Of a stretch of DNA of 45,076 nt, positions 33,465-39,754 are shown in pieces. The DNA comes from Actinomycetes bacterium (GTDB taxonomy: Bacteria; Actinomycetota; Actinomycetes; JACCUZ01): contig DASTVO010000152.1 in assembly GCA_035759075.1 (NCBI GenBank), positions 1 through 45,076 of the forward strand, in the 5' to 3' direction. The notes below the pieces were generated by a model, which made no database searches, was not told where the DNA came from, and saw nothing but the letters and a program-made list of their open reading frames with translations. The translations under genes and the position numbers were made by a program. Numbering within the stretch: position 1 is the stretch's first letter; each line of letters opens with the position of its first letter.

Positions 33465-34952
33465 ATGGTGAGACGGGGGGGTGGCGTGGCCGGGACGACG
33501 CTTGCACTGGCGCGGCTCGTGCTGGTGGCCGGGCTGACGGTCTCGACGACGCTGGTGGCGTCACCGGTCGGCGCCGAACCGACCGTCGGCCGAACCGCGA
33601 TCTTCATGCAGCCGTATCCGACGACCGTCGGTGACGCCGGCAGCTCACCCTTCCCGTCCCGGGTCGACGTCTCGGGAGTCACCGGCGATGTCCTCGACGT
33701 CGACGTGACGCTGTCCGGCGTCGAGCACCAGTGGCCGGACGACCTCGACGTGGTGCTGGTGGCACCCGACGGCACGGCAGCGACGGTCATGAGCGACGTC
33801 GGCGGCGACGACCAGACGCCTGCGACCGGCACGGCGTTGACCTTCGACGACGACGCCTCGGGCTCCGTTCCCCCCGGACTCCTCAGCGGCCGGTACCGTC
33901 CGCATGACGACGACTCGGATCCCGGCGACCCGGACCTCGAGGGTGCGGACGCCACCTTCGCCCAGCTGGCCGCCGCCCCGGTGAACGGCACCTGGGAGCT
34001 GTACGTCAACGACGACACCTATGACTTCGACGGTCGCATCGCCTCCTGGTCGCTCAGCTTCCAGGTGACGGATCGGCCGATGATCACGGGCCCGGCGTCC
34101 GGGTCGGTCCTCCCCGGCAGCACGATCCCGGTTCGCGGGACCGGCTCACCAGGCGCCACGGTCTACGTCGGAGCCGCTCAGCAGCCGGCCCGGACCGTCA
34201 CGGTGGCCGCCGACGGCACCTGGGCGGTCGATCTCACCGGTCTCGCAGACGGGACCCACCTCGTGACCGCCTCGAGCGGACCGGGCCGGACGGGGTCTTC
34301 CACCACCGTGCGCCTCGACAGCACTGCACCGACCGGGACGCTGGTCCTGCGCACGGTACGAGGCGGTCCGGAGGTGACCTCCAGCCGCAGGGTCTACCTG
34401 GAGGTCGCGGCCGGCGAGCCGCTGCGGGGGATCCGGGTCAGCAACGACGGCGCCGCGTACGGGCCGCTGGTGCCGGTGGTTCCCGGCGGGGTCGCATGGC
34501 TCCTGTCCGAGCAGGACGGCACCCGACGCGTCTTCGTCCAGCTCGAGGACCTGGTGGGCAACGTCTCCAACGGCTACCTCAGCGACACCGTGACGTTGGA
34601 CCGGGTGGCCCCGCGCATCCTCCGGAGCTCACCGCGAGCCGGAGCTGTCGGCGTTCGCCGCGACAAGGTCATCACGGCCCGTTTCGACGACTTCGTCACG
34701 CCGAACAGCGGCGTCAGCCCGTCCTACCTCATCCGTGTGTTCCGGGCAGGTTCAGACCGGCCGCTCCGTGCCACCGTCCGCTACGACCCGGCGACGGCGA
34801 CCGTCCGGGCTCTGCCGCACCGGCCGCTGCGTCCGCGGACGCGGTTCAAGGTCGTGGTCAGCGGGTTCGAGGACGCGGCGGGCAACTGGCTCGACCAGGA
34901 CCCGGCCAAGGCGGGAACGCAGCCGGGAGTGTGGCGATTCCGGACCCGGTGA
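33465..34952 (+). CDS. Secreted protein: proprotein-convertase P-domain plus bacterial Ig-like domains
   Basis: Start at MVRRGGGVAGTTLALARLVLVAGLTVSTTLVASPVGA, which looks like a signal peptide. P-domain motifs are DVDVTLSGVEHQWPDDLDVVLVAPDGT and NGTWELYVNDDTYDFDGRIASWSLSF. Ig-like and SbsA_Ig-like repeats follow. Confidence 0.8.
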   Translation: MVRRGGGVAGTTLALARLVLVAGLTVSTTLVASPVGAEPTVGRTAIFMQPYPTTVGDAGSSPFPSRVDVSGVTGDVLDVDVTLSGVEHQWPDDLDVVLVAPDGTAATVMSDVGGDDQTPATGTALTFDDDASGSVPPGLLSGRYRPHDDDSDPGDPDLEGADATFAQLAAAPVNGTWELYVNDDTYDFDGRIASWSLSFQVTDRPMITGPASGSVLPGSTIPVRGTGSPGATVYVGAAQQPARTVTVAADGTWAVDLTGLADGTHLVTASSGPGRTGSSTTVRLDSTAPTGTLVLRTVRGGPEVTSSRRVYLEVAAGEPLRGIRVSNDGAAYGPLVPVVPGGVAWLLSEQDGTRRVFVQLEDLVGNVSNGYLSDTVTLDRVAPRILRSSPRAGAVGVRRDKVITARFDDFVTPNSGVSPSYLIRVFRAGSDRPLRATVRYDPATATVRALPHRPLRPRTRFKVVVSGFEDAAGNWLDQDPAKAGTQPGVWRFRTR

Positions 34953-35046
34953 CCCGTCGAGGCTCCTGTTCGGGAGCCTTGACCTCGATGAGTCTGCTCA
35001 CCGTCACTGGTCTGACCGGACAGCAGCCGACGTCGAGGGAGGGCAC

Positions 35047-35883
35047 GTGACCGATCAACCGAGCACCGCGGAACGACCGAGCCCGCCGAGCGCGTCGGGG
35101 TACGCACCCGTCAACGGCGTGCAGATGTACTACGAGGTCCACGGCTCCGGCGGGACACCGGTGCTGCTGCTGCACGGCGGGCTGTTCAACATCGACCTGC
35201 AGTTCGGTGAGGTGCTACCCGGGCTGGCGTGGACGCGGCAGGTCATCGCCGTGGACTTCCAGGGCCACGGGCGGACCGGCGACATCGACCGGCCCCTGAC
35301 CAGCGCCGGACTCGCGTCGGACGTGGTGGGACTCCTCGAGCACCTGGGGGTCCCACGGGTCGACGTGTTCGGCTTCAGCGTGGGAGGCGGCGTCGCCCTG
35401 TACCTGGCGGTCAAGCATCCGGCACTGGTCCGCAGGCTGGTCGTGTCGTCCGCGTCGTTCCACCCGGACGGCGACCGCCCCGAGAACGCCGAGGCCGTCG
35501 GGGCGATGACGGTCGACATGATCGCGGGCACGCCGATGGAGCAGGACTACCTGGCCAAGTCCCCGAACCCGGACAAGCTGCAGGACCTGCTGGACAAGCT
35601 GGGGACGTTCGACCAGGGCTTCGCCGGCTGGTCCGACGACGAGATCGTCGGGATCGAGGCGCCGACGCTGATCACGGTAGGCGACTGCGACATGGTCACC
35701 CTCGACCACGCGGTGCGTTTCCTGCGGTTGCGCGGTGGCGACGTCAACGGAGACTTCGCGGGTGTCCCGTCGTCGCAGCTGGCGGTGTTCCCCGGCACGA
35801 GCCACTTCTTCGGGTTGAGCCGTACGGCGCTGGTGCTTGACGTCGTGACGGCCTTCCTCGACGCGCCGACCTCGGCAGGCTGA
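35047..35883 (+). CDS. Alpha/beta hydrolase
   Basis: GTG 35047. The oxyanion-hole region is VLLLHGG and the nucleophile elbow is GFSVGG. A C-terminal His motif (GTSHF) is present. Confidence 0.88.
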   Translation: MTDQPSTAERPSPPSASGYAPVNGVQMYYEVHGSGGTPVLLLHGGLFNIDLQFGEVLPGLAWTRQVIAVDFQGHGRTGDIDRPLTSAGLASDVVGLLEHLGVPRVDVFGFSVGGGVALYLAVKHPALVRRLVVSSASFHPDGDRPENAEAVGAMTVDMIAGTPMEQDYLAKSPNPDKLQDLLDKLGTFDQGFAGWSDDEIVGIEAPTLITVGDCDMVTLDHAVRFLRLRGGDVNGDFAGVPSSQLAVFPGTSHFFGLSRTALVLDVVTAFLDAPTSAG

Positions 35884-35885
35884 GG

Positions 35886-35959
35886 TGGGGCGGCTGGGAC
35901 TCGAACCCAGGACCCAGGGATTATGAGTCCCCTGCTCTAACCGGCTGAGCTACCGCCCC
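35886..35959 (-). tRNA. tRNA-Met (anticodon CAT; elongator-like; Ile-lysidine type not excluded)
   Basis: The reverse complement is a 74-nt cloverleaf. Acceptor is GGGGCGG/CCGCCCC, anticodon arm is GGGGA-CTCATAA-TCCCT and the T-loop is TTCGAGT. The 3' end lies 2 nt from the hydrolase stop codon. Confidence 0.85.
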
Positions 35960-35994
35960 GCGCCGGGGCCCCGGCGAGGCCGCCCCGATGAGCG

Positions 35995-36067
35995 CTCCCG
36001 CACCTGGACTCGAACCAGGAACCTACCGGTTAACAGCCGGTTGCTCTGCCAATTGAGCTATGCGGGA
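35995..36067 (-). tRNA. tRNA-Asn (anticodon GTT)
   Basis: The reverse complement is a 73-nt cloverleaf. Acceptor is TCCCGCA/TGCGGGA, anticodon arm is ACCGG-CTGTTAA-CCGGT and the T-loop is TTCGAGT. Confidence 0.9.
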
Positions 36068-36213
36068 ATGGCCGGGACGGAGCCCGGCCGACGCCGCACA
36101 GGTTATCGCAAGGTGTCGGGTGCGGATGTCGGGGTAGTGGCCCTGGCGCGCGGGGCCTGCCGCGCGGATGATCGAGGGACGAGCACCAGTCCGGCGTACG
36201 GCGAGGAGACCAC

Positions 36214-36507
36214 ATGCGCACCAAGGCCACCTTCATCGCAGGCTTCGTCACGGGCTACGTCCTCGGTGCACGCGCCGGCCGCGGGCGGTACGAGCAGATC
36301 CGCCAGGCCGCCAAGGCGTTCGCCCGGAACCCCGCCGTGCAGAGCACCGCCACCTCCCTGCAGCACCAGGCGGAGGACGCCCTGCACTCCGCCAAGGACA
36401 AGGCCGCCAGCACGCTGGGATCCACGCTGCACGAGCGGCGCCCCGGCTGGCTCGGCCGGCACGAGGAGTCCGGCTCGGCGGCCGGCACCAACGGTCACCG
36501 CGCCTGA
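36214..36507 (+). CDS. YtxH-like small stress protein
   Basis: 97 aa with GAGGAG upstream. An N-terminal amphipathic/hydrophobic helix (ATFIAGFVTGYVLGARAG) is followed by an Ala/Lys/Gln-rich helical region. Confidence 0.6.
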   Translation: MRTKATFIAGFVTGYVLGARAGRGRYEQIRQAAKAFARNPAVQSTATSLQHQAEDALHSAKDKAASTLGSTLHERRPGWLGRHEESGSAAGTNGHRA

Positions 36508-36536
36508 GCGCCTGAGGACAGGGGGGACGGGTCGAC

Positions 36537-37613
36537 GTGGCACGCCTGCGACGGGTGGACTGCGCCGGCCCGGGGATCCGCCGGGTGCGCCGCGGCAAGG
36601 GGTTCTCCTACCTGTGGTCGGACGGCAGCAAGGTGGAGGATCCCGACACCCTGGCGCGCATCGCCGGGCTGGTCATCCCGCCCGCGTGGACGGACGTGTG
36701 GATCTGCCCGCACCCGCGCGGCCACATCCAGGCCCTCGGCACCGACGCGGCGGGACGCCGGCAGTACCGCTACCACGACGAGTGGCGGGCGCAGCGGGAC
36801 GCCGAGAAGCACCAGCGGGTCCTGGACTTCGCGAAGCGGCTACCGACCGCGCGCAAGGTCGTCGCGGAGCACCTCGGGCAGCGTGGTCTGACCCGCGACC
36901 GCGTCCTGGCGGCGGCCTTCCGGCTGCTGGACCTCGGGTTCTTCCGCGTCGGTGGCGAGTCCTACGCCGAGGCCAACGGGACGTACGGGCTGGCGACGAT
37001 GCGCCGCGAGCACGTCACGGTCACGGGTGACCTCGTCGTCTTCGACTACGTCGCGAAGAGCGGCAAGCAGCGGGTGCAGGCGGTGGTCGACGAGAGCGTC
37101 CGCAAGGTCGTCGTGGCCCTGCTGAAGCGGGACGACCCGAGCAAGGAGCTGCTCGCGTACCGGGACCGCAACGGCTGGCACGACATCACCAGTGCCGACA
37201 TCAACGCCTACCTGCGCGAGGTCGTCGGCGAGGAGGTGAGCGCCAAGGACTTCCGGACCTGGCACGCCACGGTGCTGACCGCGGTGGGCCTCGCCGTCTC
37301 CACCCGGGCCCCGACGTCGGTGAGCGGCCGCAAGCGGGCCGTCAACCGTGTCGTCAAGGAGGTGGCGGAGTACCTCGGCAACACCCCGGCGGTGTGCCGC
37401 TCGTCCTACATCGACCCGCGGATCCTCGACCTCTACGACGACGGCAGCACCATCGCGTCCTCACTCGAGCGGCTCGGCGCCGACGCGGACTTCGGCCAGC
37501 CGGCGACGCACGGCAAGGTCGAGGCAGCAGTCCTGCGGCTGCTGCGCACCCCGGCCAGGGCCGGCAACCGCCGCCGGGCCGCGAACGGGCGGGCCGCCAG
37601 GAAGGCCGCGTAG
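36537..37613 (+). CDS. DNA topoisomerase IB (poxvirus-like bacterial type)
   Basis: 358 aa with GFSY..DG..V.D..TL.RI..L.IPPAW..VWI and GRRQYRYH. The catalytic contexts are SAKDFRTWHAT and the tyrosine in CRSSYIDP. Confidence 0.88.
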   Translation: MARLRRVDCAGPGIRRVRRGKGFSYLWSDGSKVEDPDTLARIAGLVIPPAWTDVWICPHPRGHIQALGTDAAGRRQYRYHDEWRAQRDAEKHQRVLDFAKRLPTARKVVAEHLGQRGLTRDRVLAAAFRLLDLGFFRVGGESYAEANGTYGLATMRREHVTVTGDLVVFDYVAKSGKQRVQAVVDESVRKVVVALLKRDDPSKELLAYRDRNGWHDITSADINAYLREVVGEEVSAKDFRTWHATVLTAVGLAVSTRAPTSVSGRKRAVNRVVKEVAEYLGNTPAVCRSSYIDPRILDLYDDGSTIASSLERLGADADFGQPATHGKVEAAVLRLLRTPARAGNRRRAANGRAARKAA

Positions 37614-37614
37614 C

Positions 37615-38109
37615 TCAGCGACCGATCTCACCACGGAGCTGGGTCACCATCGCGTCCGTCACCCGGCGCACCTCGGGGTCGGCCGGGTCGACACCGGCCT
37701 CCGGGAGCACCTGCCAGACCATCCCGCCGCTGCCGTCGTCGCGCCCGACGACGCGGACGGACGTCCCGGGACCTACGGGCACGCGCCGGGAGACGACGAT
37801 GCTGGCCATCACCCGCTCGTGCACGGCCTCCGGGAGCCGCCCCGGCTCCGGCAGCGCGACCCGCAGCCGGTCGAACGTGCCGGGAACCGGGTCCACCAGC
37901 AGCACCGACTCGTCGGCCAGCCACTGCGCGTGTGAGACGTCGGCCCACGGCACCCGTCGGCCGGCCGACACCAGGGCCTGCTCGGTGGCAGCGAACCACT
38001 GGCCGTGTGCGTCCTGCGCGGCGGCCAGGACGCGCTCCCCCGGCCGGAGTCCGAGCCCGTCGCGGGCCAGGTCTGGAATGCGCACACCGCGTCGCCACCG
38101 CACGGTCAT
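37615..38109 (-). CDS. Hypothetical protein
   Basis: 164-aa ORF with coding-like composition, convergent with topIB (1-nt gap). No recognised motif. Confidence 0.55.
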   Translation of the reverse strand: MTVRWRRGVRIPDLARDGLGLRPGERVLAAAQDAHGQWFAATEQALVSAGRRVPWADVSHAQWLADESVLLVDPVPGTFDRLRVALPEPGRLPEAVHERVMASIVVSRRVPVGPGTSVRVVGRDDGSGGMVWQVLPEAGVDPADPEVRRVTDAMVTQLRGEIGR

Positions 38110-38147
38110 GGAGCGTACGTCGCCGGGGGCGGGAGCCGGCCGGTGGC

Positions 38148-39326
38148 TCAGGTGCCGAGGTAGTCGCGCAGCTGTGCCGACAGATGGGGGTGGCGCAGCT
38201 TGGCCAGGCTCTTGGCCTCGATCTGCCGCACCCGCTCGCGGGTCACGCCGAAGGCGCGGCCGACCTCCTCGAGGGTGCGCGGTTCACCGTCCATCAGGCC
38301 GTAGCGCATCCGGACGACCTCGCGCTCGCGCTCGCCGAGGTGACCGAGCACCGCCTCGACATGGCTCTGCAGCAGCCCGCTCGCGACGAGCTCCGGGGGT
38401 GGGATGGACTCGCTGTCCTCGATCAGGTCGCCCAGCTCCGAGCCCTCCTCCTCACCGACCGGCGAGTGCAGCGACACCGGCTCCATCGCGAGCCGTTTGA
38501 TCTCGGTGACGCGCTCGGCCGGCAGGTCGACCCGCTCGGCGATCTCGGCCGCGGTGGGGTCCCGACCCAGTGTCTGTACGAGCATCCGCTGGGCCCGCAG
38601 GATGCGGTTGACGGTCTCGACCATGTGCACCGGTATGCGGATCGTGCGCGCCTGGTCGGCGACGGCCCGCGAGACCGCCTGGCGGATCCACCACGACGCG
38701 TACGTCGAGAACTTGAAGCCGCGCGTGTAGTCGAACTTCTCCACCGCGCGGATGAGCCCGAGGTTGCCTTCCTGGATCAGGTCGAGGAACGGGAGCCCGC
38801 GGCCCGCATAGCGCTTGGCGATCGACACCACGAGCCGCAGGTTCGCCTCGATGAGCCGCTGCTTGGCCCGATGACCGTCCTGCATGATCGCCAGCAGGTC
38901 TCGCCGCATGTCCGGCGCGAGGTCGACGTTCTCGTCGAGCTTCTCGGCTGCGAACACTCCGGCCTCGACGCGCTTGGCGAGGTCGACCTCGTCGGCGGCG
39001 GTGAGCAGGGAGACCCGCCCGATCTCGCGCAGGTACACGCGGACGAGGTCGGCGGACGCGGCCGGACCGGCGTCGTCGAGCGACGGGGGCTCCTCCTCCG
39101 CCTCGGCGAGGGCGAGCTCCTCCGGGGTCGGCTCGTCGGCCACCACCTCGACGCCTGCCTCGGCGAGACCGGCGACGATGTCGTCGATGCTGTCCGGGTT
39201 GAGACCGGAAGCCGTGGCCTCGGCTGCGACGGCCTGGGCAGGTATGAGTCCGGCGCCGCCGCCCTTGGAGCGGAGCCTGTCGACCGCCTCCCCGACCGTT
39301 CCGGGTAGGACGAGAACGTCCCCCAC
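38148..39326 (-). CDS. RNA polymerase sigma-70 factor, principal-like (group 1/2, HrdA/RpoD-like)
   Basis: 392 aa with a GTG start. Region 1.2/2 is [74 protein letters not shown]. Region 3 is RIPVHMVE and region 4.2 is [12 protein letters not shown]. Confidence 0.93.
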   Translation of the reverse strand: MGDVLVLPGTVGEAVDRLRSKGGGAGLIPAQAVAAEATASGLNPDSIDDIVAGLAEAGVEVVADEPTPEELALAEAEEEPPSLDDAGPAASADLVRVYLREIGRVSLLTAADEVDLAKRVEAGVFAAEKLDENVDLAPDMRRDLLAIMQDGHRAKQRLIEANLRLVVSIAKRYAGRGLPFLDLIQEGNLGLIRAVEKFDYTRGFKFSTYASWWIRQAVSRAVADQARTIRIPVHMVETVNRILRAQRMLVQTLGRDPTAAEIAERVDLPAERVTEIKRLAMEPVSLHSPVGEEEGSELGDLIEDSESIPPPELVASGLLQSHVEAVLGHLGEREREVVRMRYGLMDGEPRTLEEVGRAFGVTRERVRQIEAKSLAKLRHPHLSAQLRDYLGT

Positions 39327-39398
39327 GGTGGTCAGTCTGCCCCCCGAGGCCGAAGATCGCAGCCTTTTACAGAGTGGATCTACGCCTGTCGTCCGGCG

Positions 39399-39713
39399 GT
39401 GTCACTGGGCGTGTCCTGGTTCCGACGGGGCGCGACGACCGGAGCCTCAGACTCCTGTGCTCGCCGCAGGGAGCCCTTGTCGGCCTCGAGGCGCGGTGCT
39501 AAGCCGGTGGTCGGCACCGAGTCCTGCCAGGTCGACCACGTCGGCGTCGCGGTGTCGGGTCGCATCACCGTAATGCACGACGACGGCACCAAGGCGTCGG
39601 TGTCGGCCGGGGTCGCCTACCGCATCCGGCCCGGGCACGACGCCTGGGTCGAGGGCGACGACGACTTCGTCGGGTACGAGTTCAAGAGCGCAGCCGAGTA
39701 CGCCAAGGCCTGA
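39399..39713 (+). pseudogene. Cupin-domain protein, possibly 5'-degraded
   Basis: The C-terminal roughly 65 aa (KPVVGTESCQVDHVGVAVSGRITVMHDDG..AYRIRPGHDAWVEGDDDFVGYEF) look like a small cupin. The N-terminal 35 aa of the ORF are Arg/Ser-rich and look non-native. Confidence 0.45.
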
Positions 39714-39754
39714 CGACCCAGCGGCGGCCGGTCACGCAGTGCGTCACACGCGGG

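Noticed and set aside
35962-35975. A perfect 14-nt palindrome, GCCGGGGCCCCGGC, between tRNA-Asn and tRNA-Met.
   Set aside because: It is short and GC-only, and lies in a 35-nt inter-tRNA spacer. It is most simply a processing or structural feature of the co-transcript, and nothing suggests another function.
33400-36070. Possible genomic-island boundary at the tRNA-Met/tRNA-Asn pair. The hydrolase stop codon lies 2 nt from the 3' end of tRNA-Met, and the signalling region lies on the 3' side of the tRNAs.
   Set aside because: I found no integrase, recombinase or transposase gene, no duplicated tRNA 3' segment (att-like direct repeat) by eye, and no obvious compositional break. Whether the region is accessory needs comparative genomics.
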